In this document: in pieces, positions 9,906 through 23,383 of the stretch | Layout: the number at the start of each line of letters is the position of its first letter | Position numbering within the stretch: position 1 is the first letter of the stretch | DNA from: an uncultured Candidatus Rokubacteria bacterium | GTDB lineage: Bacteria; Methylomirabilota; Methylomirabilia; Rokubacteriales; CSP1-6 | Length of the DNA: 64,000 nt | NCBI GenBank assembly: GCA_963789955.1 | Contig: CAWBMV010000017.1 | Location: 64,001-128,000, forward strand | Reading direction: 5' to 3' | Position numbers and translations under genes: made by a program | The notes under the pieces: model-generated | What the model was told of the DNA's origin: nothing | What the model saw: the letters and a program-made list of their open reading frames with translations, nothing else | The model's database searches: none

Positions 9906-11459
9906 TCACTCCCACTCGATCGTGGAAGGCGGCTTGGACGAGATGTCGAACACGACCCGGTTGATGCCTTTCACCTCGTTGATGATCCGGTTGCTGATGG
10001 TGCCGAGCAGGTCATAGGGCAGCCGCGCCCAGTCCGCGGTCATCGCGTCCTGGCTCGTGACGGCCCGCAGCGCGATGACGTGCGCGTAGGTGCGGTAGTC
10101 GCCCATGACGCCGACGGTCCGGATGGGCAGGAGGACGGCGAAGGCCTGCCAGAGCGTTCGCTCGAGCCCGGCCCGGCGCACCTCTTCCTGCACGACGGCG
10201 TCGGCCTCGCGAAGCAGATCGAGCCGATCCAGGGTCACCTCGCCGAGCACGCGGATCGCGAGCCCGGGCCCGGGGAACGGCTGGCGCCAGACGATCTCGG
10301 GCGGCAGCCCCAGGAGCTCACCGAGCTTGCGCACCTCGTCCTTGAACAGCTCGCGCAGCGGTTCCACGAGCTTGAATTGCATGTTCGGCGGCAGGCCGCC
10401 GACGTTGTGATGCGTCTTGATCGTGGCGGAGGGGCCGCGGAAGGACACCGATTCGATGACGTCGGGGTACAGGGTGCCCTGTGCCAGCCACGGAATGTCG
10501 CCGAGCTTGTTGGCCTCGTCGTCGAACACGGCGATGAACTCGGCGCCGATCCGCTTGCGCTTGATCTCCGGATCGGTCACGTCTCGAATCGCGTCGAGGA
10601 ATCGGGCGGATGCATCCACGTGGATCAGGTTCATCTTGAACGAGTCGCGGAACGTGTGGACGACCGCCTCGGCCTCGCCCTTTCGCAGGAGCCCGTTGTC
10701 GACGAAGACGCACGTGAGCTGGTCGCCGATGGCGCGGTGGACCAGGACGGCGACGACCGAAGAGTCGACGCCGCCCGAGAGCGCGCACAGCACGCGCTGG
10801 CCCTTCACCTGCGTGCGAATGGCTTCGACCGTCGTATCGATGAAGCCGGCCATCGACCACGTCCGGTTCACACCGCACACGGTGAGGAAGTTGTCGAGGA
10901 TCGTCCGCCCCTGCGGGGTGTGGAGAACCTCCGGATGGAACTGGACCGCGTAGAGCCGCCGGTCCTCGTCGGCCATCGCCGCCACCGGGCAGTTCGGAGT
11001 CCTGGCGAGAGAGGTGAAGCCGTTCGGCGGGCGGAGCACGGTGTCCCCGTGGCTCATCCAGACCGTTACCCGGCCGGACTCCTCAGGCTCGACGTTCCGG
11101 AGCAGCGGGCTCGACCCCTGCAGCGTGATCTCCGCCTTGCCGTACTCGCGACGCTCAGCGGGAATGACGTCACCGCCCAGGAGATAGCCCATCGCCTGCA
11201 TCCCGTAGCAGATGCCGAGGACCGGGATGCCCGCGTCGAAGAGCTCCTTCGGCGGCAGCGGCGCACCCTCTTCGTAGACGCTCGACGGTCCCCCGGAGAG
11301 GATGATGCCCTGGTAGCCGGCCGACAGAATCTCAGCGAGCGGATGCGTGCAGGAGAAGATCTCGGAGTAGACGGACATCTCGCGGACACGGCGGGCGATC
11401 AGCTGGGTGTACTGACCGCCGAAATCGAGAACCGCGATCTTGCCGGCGCCGGCCGACAT
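9906..11459 (-). CDS. guaA: GMP synthase (glutamine-hydrolysing)
   Basis: [35 protein letters not shown]. Confidence 0.98.
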   Translation of the reverse strand: MSAGAGKIAVLDFGGQYTQLIARRVREMSVYSEIFSCTHPLAEILSAGYQGIILSGGPSSVYEEGAPLPPKELFDAGIPVLGICYGMQAMGYLLGGDVIPAERREYGKAEITLQGSSPLLRNVEPEESGRVTVWMSHGDTVLRPPNGFTSLARTPNCPVAAMADEDRRLYAVQFHPEVLHTPQGRTILDNFLTVCGVNRTWSMAGFIDTTVEAIRTQVKGQRVLCALSGGVDSSVVAVLVHRAIGDQLTCVFVDNGLLRKGEAEAVVHTFRDSFKMNLIHVDASARFLDAIRDVTDPEIKRKRIGAEFIAVFDDEANKLGDIPWLAQGTLYPDVIESVSFRGPSATIKTHHNVGGLPPNMQFKLVEPLRELFKDEVRKLGELLGLPPEIVWRQPFPGPGLAIRVLGEVTLDRLDLLREADAVVQEEVRRAGLERTLWQAFAVLLPIRTVGVMGDYRTYAHVIALRAVTSQDAMTADWARLPYDLLGTISNRIINEVKGINRVVFDISSKPPSTIEWE

Positions 11460-11469
11460 CGGCGCCCCG

Positions 11470-12631
11470 CTACCGCGGGCGCCCGAGCTTCTGAGCCTGC
11501 TGGAAGACCTTACCTTCGGTCTTGATCGTCGGCGCGATGATCAGCTCGGTCTGCTGCAGGTCGCGGATCGTGCGCGCGCCGACCGAGCCCATGCACGTCC
11601 GGATCGCGCCGACCAGGTTGAGCGTGCCGTCCTCCGTGAACGCCGGCCCGAAGAGGATCTGCTCGAGCGAGCCCGCGATCCCGACGCGGATCCGGGTGCC
11701 GCGCGGCAGGTTGGCGTGCGGCGTCGCCATGCCCCAGTGGTAGCCGCGGCCCGGCGCTTCGATCGCGCGCGCGAAGGCGGAGCCGATCATGACCGCGTCG
11801 GCGCCCGAGGCGAACGCCTTGCACACGTCGCCGCCGGTCGTCATGCCGCCGTCGGTGATGATCGGCACGTATCGGCCGCTCTGCTTGCCAGTAGAAGTCG
11901 CGCGCGGCGGCGGCGTCGGCCGTGGCGGTCACCTGCGGCACGCCGAGGCCCAGCACCTCGCGGCTCGTGCACGCCGCGCCCGGACCCACCCCGATCAGGA
12001 GCGCGTCGGCGCCGACGTCCATCAGCTCGAGGCAGGCTTCGTAGGTGACGACGTTGCCGATGACGAGCGGGATGGCCAGCTGCTTCTTCAGCTTTCGGAG
12101 GTCGACCGGCGTGTACTCGGTGGCGATGTGGCGAGCCGTGGTCACGGTCGACTGGACCACGAAGATGTCCGCGCCGGCCTCCTGCGCGATCTGGGCGAAT
12201 CGTTCGGCCCGCTGCGGGATGGAGGAGACCACCGCCGGGCCCCCACCCTTCTTGATCTCGCTGATCCGCTGATGGATCAGCTCTTCCTTGATCGGCTCTC
12301 CGTAGATCGACTGGATGATCTTGGTCGCCTCTTCCTGGCTGGCCGAGACGATCCGTTCGAGCACTTCGGCGGGGTTGGCGTAGCGGGAGAAGATGCCTTC
12401 GAGGTTCAGGACCGCGAGGCCGCCGTGGCGGCCCATCTCGATCGCCGACCGCGGCCCGACGACGCCGTCCATGGCCGCGGCGATGATCGGCAGGTCGAAC
12501 CGGTGGCCGCAGAGCTCCCAGGAGATGTCGACCTCGTTCGGGTTGACCGTGACCGCCCCGGGCACAAGCGCGATGTCATCGAACCCGTACGCGACCCTGG
12601 CTTTGCGCCCTCGCCCGACCCACATCCCCAT
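11470..12631 (-). CDS. guaB: IMP dehydrogenase family protein, GuaB3-type without CBS domains (frameshift near 11888)
   Basis: [44 protein letters not shown]; adjacent to guaA. Confidence 0.9.
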
Positions 12632-12721
12632 CGGCTAGCCTCCCTTGAGAGCCGTACGCCGTTTTCGCCTCGGGTCCCGTATATAGGGATACAGCGCGAC
12701 CCGACCTACTAGATTTCGTGC

Positions 12722-12750
12722 AGTATACCCACGAGGCCGGACGGTGTCAA
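12722..12750 (-). promoter_or_regulatory. Near-consensus sigma-70 promoter for guaB-guaA-dnaE-accA
   Basis: TTGACA-17 nt-TATACT; the -35 overlaps the coaX stop codon. Confidence 0.8.
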
Positions 12751-13530
12751 CGGCGCGGAGCGGCCGGGTGAGCCTCTTCGTAGAGCAGGCGCAGCCCGTC
12801 GAGCCTGAGGTTCTCATCGAGCCGCTCGATGCAACGGGCGACATCGGTCAGGAGCCCGGCGTTGCCGCCGGTGGCGATCACCTTGGCTCCTCCGCCGAGC
12901 TCCGCCTGCATGCGCTCGACCAGACCCTCGACCAGCCCGGCGTAACCGTAGATCGCGCCTGACTGGAGGTTGGTCGTCGTGTTACGGCCGATGGCCTCCT
13001 TGGGTCGGACCAGCTCGACCCGGGCGAGGCGCGCGGCCCGGTTGACCAGCGCCTCCACCGAGGTGACGATCCCCGGCGCGATGGCGCCGCCGATGAACTC
13101 GCCCCGGCGGTTGACGCAGTTGAACGTGGTCGCCGTTCCGAAGTCGATGACGATCAGCGGCTGGCCGTACTTTGCGCGACGCCGCGAACGCATCGACGTA
13201 CCGGTCGGCACCGACCTCGCGCGGGGCGTCGACCGCGAGCGGCATCCGGGTGTTCAGTCCGGGCTCGACGAAAAACGGTGGCCGGCTGAAGTACTTCTCG
13301 CACATCCACTCGAGCGTCTGCTGCACCGGCGGCACCACGTTGGAGATCGACACACCGTCGATGCTCGCCGCTCGAACGCCCCGAGACTGGAGCATCGTCT
13401 CGATGAAGAGCCCGTACTCGTCGGCGGTCTGCTCGCGCCGGCTCGTGAGCCGCCACGAGGCGACCAGGCGCTCACCGTCGAACACGCCGATCTTGGTGTT
13501 GGTGTTGCCGACGTCGGCGACGAGCAGCAT
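12747..13530 (-). CDS. coaX: Type III pantothenate kinase (frameshift near 13172)
   Basis: DVGNTNT, GADR, IDFGTATTF, GGAIAPG, ATGG. Confidence 0.93.
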
Positions 13531-13562
13531 GCCGCGCTCTCCTTTTGGTTTCCCGTCGCGCC

Positions 13563-14338
13563 TCAGCGCGGAACAGGCGCTCCAGCGGCCTCGCTCGAGC
13601 TCACGGTTCCGGCCACCACCCGCCTGACCGAGCCGCCCACGTCGATGAGCAGCGCGCCATCGACGTCGAGGTCGGTCGCGGTACCGGTGACGCCATCGAC
13701 CGTGACCCGACGCCCGAGCGTGTCGCTGAGGCGCCGCCATCCTTCGCGGACCGGGCCGAAGCCTTCGCCCTCGAGCCGTGCACGCCAGGCGTCGAACTCC
13801 TCGAGGAGGGCCGTCGAGCACGGCTTCGCGGCCGGGCGCCCGTCCCGTCTCGAGCGCGACCGACGTCGCGCTGTCCGCCAGATCCGCCGGGAACTCGCGC
13901 TGGCCGAGATTGATGCCGACGCCGATGATCGTCACGATCGCGGGCCCGGCGTGCGCCAAGCCGCCCGGGGCGGGTACGCCCCCGGTGCGCGACTCGAGCA
14001 AGATTCCGGCGATCTTCCGGCCCGACACGAGGACGTCGTTCGGCCACTTGAGCCGCGCGTCCACGCGAGCCACGCGACGCAGGGCCTCGGCGGCAGCGAC
14101 CGCGGTCGTGAGCGACAAGGTGGACAGGAGCGCCTGCGGCAGGCGCGGCCGCACGATGATCGAGGCCAGCAGGCTCGTCCCGGTGGGCGCGCTCCAGGTT
14201 CGTCCCCGCCGGCCGCGTCCCGCCAGCTGCTGGTCGGCGACCACGACCGTGCGATCGGCGGCGCCGCGCTCGGCGAGCGCGAAGGCGACGGACTGGGTCG
14301 AATCGACGGTGTCCAGGCGGACGACGACGCCGAGAGCG

Positions 14339-14355
<17 letters not shown>
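13563..14355 (-). CDS. birA: Biotin-protein ligase, class I without HTH (frameshift near 13815)
   Basis: DSTQ, QLAGRGRRGRTW, KWPNDV, KIAGIL, GVGIN; C-terminal SH3-like domain in the shifted frame. Confidence 0.92.
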
Positions 14356-16985
<2,630 letters not shown>

Positions 16986-16989
<4 letters not shown>

Positions 16990-18029
16990 GGGAGCACCGG
17001 GGCGGCGGCGACCAGCCTCCATCGCGCGGTGCCGCGCTGGAAGGTCAGCGCCCAGGGCGTGTGCTCGGACGTCGCGGCCACCGATACCGAGTGGGGATTC
17101 GACACGCTGTCGGCGGCGTCGCACGCCGCGTCGGGCCGCAAGGTGGACGGAAGCCGACGCCGGATCTGCGGGTCGGCCACGAGCTTGGCCACGCGCGCGT
17201 CGTCGCCGGCCGCGAGCGCGTCGAAGAGCTGGGTCACCGTCGCGCGAAGCTCCCGGTGCCAGGCGTTGAGCTCGCGCCCGGCGCGGCGGACGAGCGTGCC
17301 GCTCTCCGCCGCGGTGCGGAACACGTCCTCGGCTTCGGTCTGTCCCTCGCATCCGGGTGTGCGACCCGGATAGTCGGGCTCGTAGCGCACGCGGATCTCG
17401 CTGCCGCGCACCGAGTACGTGCGCGCCATCAACCCTTCGGGGAAGAGGTCGTTCGACGACCAGACGACCCGTAGATCGTCGCCGTACTGGCGGACGAGGT
17501 CGAGGCGCAAGGTGCGAATGCCGCGGCCCGTGGCGGGCCCCTCCCAGGCGGTCACGAACTGGGCGGCGCCGCCCGGAGCCGGAGCCCACGGGTAGACCGT
17601 CGGGCGTCCTTCTCGCGAGAGCGTCGTCAAGAGGGCGGCTTCGTTGCCGAGTCGCCCGTAGACGCGCACCGAGTTGGCCCCGGGCACGTCGCTCATCTGG
17701 AACGCGCCGACCATGAGGCGGCCGACGCGGACGACGTCGACGGCGGCGGCGCCCCAGGCTTCGCCGAACGCGTCCAGCCTATCCTGAAGGAAGCCGGTCG
17801 ACGCATAGAGGCCGCCGGTGCCGAGGCTCTCGACGATCTCCTCGTCGAGGAGCGCGTACATCTCGCGGTAGGCGTCGGGCGAGCCGTCCGGTGAGCCGTT
17901 TCCGATCGATCGCGCGCGCGCCAGGGTCCGGAACTGATCGAGGCGATCGACCGGGCCGGCCGCGTCGGGCCGGTCGGTCACGAGGGCGGCCGTGCCGAGC
18001 ATCGCGAGGCCGGCGAGTAATTTCCGCAT
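16986..18029 (-). CDS. Hypothetical exported protein
   Basis: MRKLLAGLAMLG... signal-like N-terminus; stop overlaps the valS GTG start; GC3-rich codons. Confidence 0.75.
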
Positions 18030-18075
18030 CCTGCCAACAGTTAGCCGCCTCACGCGCCTATGGTACAACAGACTC

Positions 18076-20436
18076 GTGCGGTTCCCGGTTCTCGATCGGT
18101 ACATCGCGCGCGAGCTGGTCTCGCCGTTCGCGTTCGGCTGCGCGTTGTTGACGTTCTTCCTGGTCATCGATCGGATCTACCACCTGACCGACCTGGTGAT
18201 CACGAAGGGCGTCCCCTTTCTCCTGGTGATGCAGCTCCTGGTGTTCATGCTCCCGTCCTTCCTGGCGCACACCTTCCCGATGGCGCTGCTGGTGGCGGTG
18301 CTGCTGGCGGGCGGACGGCTGGCGAGCGATCTGGAGATCGTGGCGTTCAAGGCGGCGGGCGTGAGCGCGCTGCGGCTCTTCCGGCCGGTCATGGCCGCGG
18401 CGTTGCTGGTGACGGTGGTGACGGCGTGGCTGACCCTCGTCGTGAACCCGGCGGCGAACGGCGAGTTCAACCGGCAGCTGTTCCGCATTCTGCAGGCGCG
18501 GGCGGTCAGCGGGCTGCAGGAACGCATCTTCAACTCGACCTTCGGCGACCTGACGATCTACGTCGAGGACGTGAGCGCCTCGCAGGTGGCGTTGCGCGGC
18601 CTCCTGGTGTCGGACGAGCGCGATCCGACCTTGTCACGCATCATCTCCTCCCGCGAGGGCCGCCTCCTCACCGACGAGGCGAATCGGCGCATCACCTTGC
18701 GCATGATCAACGGCGCCGTCAACGAGGCCGACATCGTCCCGGTCGACGTGCCGAAGACCATGGTCGACACGCCGACGCCGACGAGCGGCGCGGCGGGCGC
18801 CTCGCGCTATCGCTACACGCGCTTCGACATCTACGACATGAGCTTGTCGGTCGATTCCCCGCTGAAGGGCGCGCCGCGCGTCGAGAAGCCCGAGAAGGAT
18901 CTCTCGCTCGGAGAGCTCGACGCGAAGATCGCCGAGTACCGGAACGATCCGCACAGCCGCGCGCCGTTCGAGATCGAGCGCCACAAGCGATACGCGCTGC
19001 CGATGGCCGCACTGGTCTTCGGGCTGGTGGCGTTTCCCCTGGCGATCCGCTCGCACCGCGGCGGGCGGAGCATCGCGCTGGTCGGCAGCCTCGCGATTCT
19101 CGTCACCTACTACCTCATGATGACCTCGCTCGAGGGCGCGGCGCTGCGCGCGCGCGTTCCCGCGATCGTGGCGATCTGGGCGCCGAACGTGCTGTTCGGC
19201 GTGGCAGGGCTCACGCTCCTGGTCGCGACGGCCCGCGAATGGCGCTGGCCGGCGATGCCGGCGCTGTGGCGCGTGGTCGAGGCGGTGCGGCGCGCCGTGC
19301 CCGGCCGTCCCACCTGGCGCCCGCGTGGTCACGCGGCGAGCGGCGCGCGCGATTCGACGCACATCATCGATCGATATCTGGTGCGCGAATATCTGTCGTT
19401 CATGGGGATCGGGCTGGCGGTCGCGGCGGCGCTGTTCATCGTGGTCGACCTGGTGAAGACCCTCGACAAGTATCTGCGCGTGAAGCCGCCGCTCATGTAC
19501 ATCCTGGAGCACTTTGCGTACCGCCTGCCGGCGGCGCTGCACGACGGGCTCCCGGTCGTGATGCTGGTGGCGACCATCTTCCTGTTCCTGACCTTGAGCC
19601 GCTATCACGAGCTGACCGCGCTCAAGGCGGCGGGTGTGAGTCTGTATCGGGTCAGCGCGCCGGTGCTGGGCGTGGGGCTGCTCGTGGCCATCGGCGCGGG
19701 ACTCTTTCAGGAGCTGGCGCTGCCGGTCCTCAACGAGCGTGGCGACGAGGTCGATCGCGTGAAGATCCGCGGCCAGGCCCCGCGGCACCTGCAGACGCGG
19801 CAACGGCTGTGGGTGCGGAGCGCGGACACGCGGTTCTACCGGGTGGAGCTCCTCAATCCGGCGACCAACGATCTGTACGGCCTGACGATCCTGGAGCTCG
19901 ACCGAGACTTCCGGCTGACCGGGCGGCTCGACGCGCGCCGCGCCCACTGGACGGCGGGAGGCTGGGAGCTGAGCGAGGGGGCGTACCGGGACATCGGCGA
20001 CGACGGCAAGGTGCAAACCGTGCCGTTCAGCTGGACGGCGCTGGACCTCAAGGAGGAGCTCGACGACTTCCTGCGGATCCAGAAGCCGGTGGGCACGATG
20101 AGCTTCTGGGAGCTGCGTGACTACATCGGCCAGCTCGAGGCCGCCGGGTTCCAGATCCGCAAGTACCTGGTCGAGCTCTACTCGAAGCTGTCGTTCCCGC
20201 TGGTCAACCTCGTGATGGTGCTGGTCGCGATCCCGTTCGCGCTGCAGTCCCCGCGGGGCGGCCGGCTCTTCGGCATCGGGCTGGCGATCATGATCATGGC
20301 GGGATATCTCGTGGTCCACTACGTCGCCCTGGCCTTCGCGCGCGCGGACCTGCTGCCGCCGCTGATCGCGGCGTGGACGGCCAACGTGATCTTCATGGGC
20401 ATCGGCGTTTCGCTCTTGCTCCGCGCCCGTACCTGA
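18076..20436 (+). CDS. lptF/lptG: Fused LptF/LptG LPS export permease
   Basis: Two tandem YjgP/YjgQ halves, each starting (L/I)DRY and containing E..A.KAAGVS and W..N motifs. Confidence 0.92.
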   Translation: MRFPVLDRYIARELVSPFAFGCALLTFFLVIDRIYHLTDLVITKGVPFLLVMQLLVFMLPSFLAHTFPMALLVAVLLAGGRLASDLEIVAFKAAGVSALRLFRPVMAAALLVTVVTAWLTLVVNPAANGEFNRQLFRILQARAVSGLQERIFNSTFGDLTIYVEDVSASQVALRGLLVSDERDPTLSRIISSREGRLLTDEANRRITLRMINGAVNEADIVPVDVPKTMVDTPTPTSGAAGASRYRYTRFDIYDMSLSVDSPLKGAPRVEKPEKDLSLGELDAKIAEYRNDPHSRAPFEIERHKRYALPMAALVFGLVAFPLAIRSHRGGRSIALVGSLAILVTYYLMMTSLEGAALRARVPAIVAIWAPNVLFGVAGLTLLVATAREWRWPAMPALWRVVEAVRRAVPGRPTWRPRGHAASGARDSTHIIDRYLVREYLSFMGIGLAVAAALFIVVDLVKTLDKYLRVKPPLMYILEHFAYRLPAALHDGLPVVMLVATIFLFLTLSRYHELTALKAAGVSLYRVSAPVLGVGLLVAIGAGLFQELALPVLNERGDEVDRVKIRGQAPRHLQTRQRLWVRSADTRFYRVELLNPATNDLYGLTILELDRDFRLTGRLDARRAHWTAGGWELSEGAYRDIGDDGKVQTVPFSWTALDLKEELDDFLRIQKPVGTMSFWELRDYIGQLEAAGFQIRKYLVELYSKLSFPLVNLVMVLVAIPFALQSPRGGRLFGIGLAIMIMAGYLVVHYVALAFARADLLPPLIAAWTANVIFMGIGVSLLLRART

Positions 20437-20449
20437 GCGCGCTGTCCCG

Positions 20450-20478
20450 TTGACAGTTCCGCCGGACCGCCGCATCAT
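20450..20478 (+). promoter_or_regulatory. Sigma-70 promoter for the catabolic cluster
   Basis: TTGACA-17 nt-CATCAT. Confidence 0.6.
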
Positions 20479-20568
20479 TCGTCATCGATTTACAGGCGCG
20501 TCCTGGCCGGCGGGGAGCCCGGGGCCTTCAGCGCCGGCGACGTCCCTAACCCGTTCGGGAGAGACTCG

Positions 20569-21597
20569 ATGACGATCACGGTGTACGGCGCCGGCGCGAT
20601 CGGCGGCGTGACGGGCGCGGCGCTCGCCCGCGCGGGCCACGACGTGCTGCTCGTCGATCGCGCAGAGGACCATGTCGCGGCGATGAATGCTCACGGTCTG
20701 ACCATCGAGAGCCGCGAGGGCTCGGCCACCATACCGGTGCGCGCGATCGCCCCCGGAGCGCTCGGCCGAGAGCTCGGTCTGGTGCTGCTCGCCGTCAAGT
20801 CGCAGGACACGCCGGCAGCCCTCGAGATCCTGGCCCCTCGCCTGGCCGCGGACGGCGCGATCGTGTCCTTGCAGAACGGACTCAACGAGGAGCTGATCGC
20901 CCGGGCGGTCGGCGCAGCGCGTACCGTGGGATGTCTCGTCAACTGGGCCGCGGACTGGATCGCGCCCGGCCGGATCCTGCACGGCGGCCATGGCGCCCTG
21001 GTGCTCGGTGAGCTCGACGGCCGCATGAGCGACCGCGTCCAGGGCCTCGCCAAGCTGCTCGCCGTCGTGGCGCCGACCGAGGTGACGGCCAACATCCTCG
21101 GCTACACATGGGCCAAGCACGTCTACGGCTCGCTGCTGGTCGCGACCGCGGTCGTGGACGCCCACGTGTACGAGGTGGTCGAGCGCTCGCCCGAGGTCCA
21201 GCAGATGCTGGTGGCGCTCGTCATCGAGAACATGCGCGCCGCGGAGGCCGCCGGGATCCGGCTGGAGCCCTTCGACGAGTACGCGCCCGCGGACTACCGC
21301 GCCGCCGCCCTCGGGGATGCCGCCGCCCGCACGCGGGCGATGGCGATCATCGGGGAGCACTATCGCCAGCACACCAAGACCAAGACCGGCATCTGGCGCG
21401 ACCTCGCCGTGCGCCGGCGCAAGACCGAGGTCGGGGCGCTGCTCGGCGCCACGGTGACGAAGGCCAGGACGCTCGGCGTGGCCATGCCGCTGACGGAACG
21501 GCTCATCGCGATGATCGAGGATCTCGAGCTCGGCCGGCGCGTGATGAGCTGGAGCAATGTCGACGAGCTGGTGGCGGCGAGCCGGAGGAGCGCATGA
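20569..21597 (+). CDS. Ketopantoate reductase (PanE/ApbA) family oxidoreductase, divergent
   Basis: GAGAIG Rossmann motif, LAVKS, LQNG, W.K, R.TEV. Confidence 0.85.
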   Translation: MTITVYGAGAIGGVTGAALARAGHDVLLVDRAEDHVAAMNAHGLTIESREGSATIPVRAIAPGALGRELGLVLLAVKSQDTPAALEILAPRLAADGAIVSLQNGLNEELIARAVGAARTVGCLVNWAADWIAPGRILHGGHGALVLGELDGRMSDRVQGLAKLLAVVAPTEVTANILGYTWAKHVYGSLLVATAVVDAHVYEVVERSPEVQQMLVALVIENMRAAEAAGIRLEPFDEYAPADYRAAALGDAAARTRAMAIIGEHYRQHTKTKTGIWRDLAVRRRKTEVGALLGATVTKARTLGVAMPLTERLIAMIEDLELGRRVMSWSNVDELVAASRRSA

Positions 21598-23333
21598 ACG
21601 CGGCGTGGGACTATCGGGATCCGCTGGAGCCGGCGCTGTCCGCCCAGGTGTCGGACAAGACGCTGATGGAGCACGTGCGCACGATCGGCGCTCTCGAGCG
21701 CGAGTCGGGCAGCCCGGGCGAGGCGCAGGCGTTCGACTACATCGAGCGCATGTTGAAGTCGTACGGCGTCGAGGTGGAGCGGCGCGAGATCGAGGCGTAC
21801 ATCAGCTTGCCGCTCGAGGGCCGCGTCCACCTGCCGGACGGCGGCGCGATCGAGGGGCTCACGCACTCGTTCTCGACGTCGGTCGAAGCGCTCGAGGGCG
21901 AGCTCGTCGACGTCGGCGACGGCCGCCCCGCCGATTTCGCGCGCGCGAACGCCGCGGGGAAGATCGCGCTCATCAACGGGCTCCCCGCCCCCGGCCGCGC
22001 CTGGGCCGCGCAGCGGGCGGGCACGCTCGGGCAGATCTTCGTGCTCATGGACCACCTGCACAACATGATCGTGACGACGATCTGGGGCACACCGTCTCCG
22101 GACACGGCGTGGCGGGTCCCGGCCGTGCCGTGCCTCTCGGTGCTCGGCACTGACGGCCAGCGGCTGCGCGCGCTGCTGGCGCGCGGACCGGTCACGGTGC
22201 GGATGACGACGCGCGTGCGCACGGGCTGGGTGCCGATTCCGCACCTGGTCGGCGAGCTCACCGGACGCCACGAGGACCGGTTCCTCCTGTTCTCGGGTCA
22301 CGTCGATTCCTGGCACTACGGCGCGATGGACAACGGGACCGCGAACGCGACCATGCTGGAGGTGGCGCGACTGCTCGCCGCCCGTCGCGATGCGCTCCGC
22401 CGCGGTATCCGTTTCGCGTTCTGGTCCGGACACTCGCACGGCCGCTACGCCGGCTCGGCGTGGTACGCGGATCATGCCTGGCGCGAGCTCCATCAGCGCT
22501 GCGTCCTGCATCTGAACGTGGATTCGACCGGCGCGCGCGGCGCGACCGACTATTCCGTCTTGCACGCGACGGAAGACGCGCAGCGCTTCGCCGAGACCGT
22601 CGTGGCCGACGTCACGGGCCAGCGGAGTCGCGGCCGGCGCTTCTCGCGCGCCGGCGACCAGTCGTTCTGGGGCGCCGGGGTGCCCTCGGCCTTCATGTCG
22701 CTCTCCGGGCTGCCCAAGCAAGACACCGATCTGTCGCGCGCCATGGAGCGCCTGGTCGGGAGCGCGGGCTTCCCCTGGTGGTGGCACACGAAGGACGACA
22801 CGATCGACAAGATCGACGCCGACGTGCTCGTGCTGGACACCAAGGTCTACCTGGCCTCGGCCCTGCGCTGGGTGAACGCGCCGGTCCTGCCTCTCGACCA
22901 CAGTCGCGCCGCGCGTGGCCTGCTGGCGGAGCTGGAGACCCTGCAGGCGACCGCGGGCTCTCGCTTCGATCTGGCGCCGGCGGTCGACGCCGCGCGCAGC
23001 CTGTGCGATCGGCTCGATCGTGTCGCGGCCGCCGTGGCCGGCATCGACGCCACCGCGCCGGCCGCGAAGCTCGACGCGGTCAACCGCGGCCTCATGCGTC
23101 TCTCGCGGGTCCTGGTGCCGCTGAGCTACACGAGCGGTGACCGGTTCACCCACGACCTGGCGGTGCCGCTGCCGCCGCTCGCCGGGCTCCAGAGCGTGCG
23201 CGAGCTGACGGCGCTCGATCCGGACACCGACGCGTTCAAGTTCGCGCGGGCGGCGCTGGTGCGGGAGCGCAACCGCGCCGTTCACGCTTTCGACACGGCG
23301 GCCTCGGCGGCCGACGACCTCTTGCGCCATTGA
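21594..23333 (+). CDS. M28 family metallopeptidase/amidohydrolase with PA-like domain
   Basis: SGHVDSW, GAMDNGT, LNVD, D..SF...GVP, WWHT.DD; ATG overlaps the upstream stop. Confidence 0.85.
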   Translation: MNAAWDYRDPLEPALSAQVSDKTLMEHVRTIGALERESGSPGEAQAFDYIERMLKSYGVEVERREIEAYISLPLEGRVHLPDGGAIEGLTHSFSTSVEALEGELVDVGDGRPADFARANAAGKIALINGLPAPGRAWAAQRAGTLGQIFVLMDHLHNMIVTTIWGTPSPDTAWRVPAVPCLSVLGTDGQRLRALLARGPVTVRMTTRVRTGWVPIPHLVGELTGRHEDRFLLFSGHVDSWHYGAMDNGTANATMLEVARLLAARRDALRRGIRFAFWSGHSHGRYAGSAWYADHAWRELHQRCVLHLNVDSTGARGATDYSVLHATEDAQRFAETVVADVTGQRSRGRRFSRAGDQSFWGAGVPSAFMSLSGLPKQDTDLSRAMERLVGSAGFPWWWHTKDDTIDKIDADVLVLDTKVYLASALRWVNAPVLPLDHSRAARGLLAELETLQATAGSRFDLAPAVDAARSLCDRLDRVAAAVAGIDATAPAAKLDAVNRGLMRLSRVLVPLSYTSGDRFTHDLAVPLPPLAGLQSVRELTALDPDTDAFKFARAALVRERNRAVHAFDTAASAADDLLRH

Positions 23334-23383
23334 TCGCGCCGGGCCAGCCGGCAATTCGTGCCCCACAATCAAGGAGCCACCGC

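Noticed and set aside
6406..9915. Split dnaE (intein or programmed frameshift)
   Set aside because: No intein motifs or slippery sequences; removing one base at each of three sites restores a continuous canonical protein.
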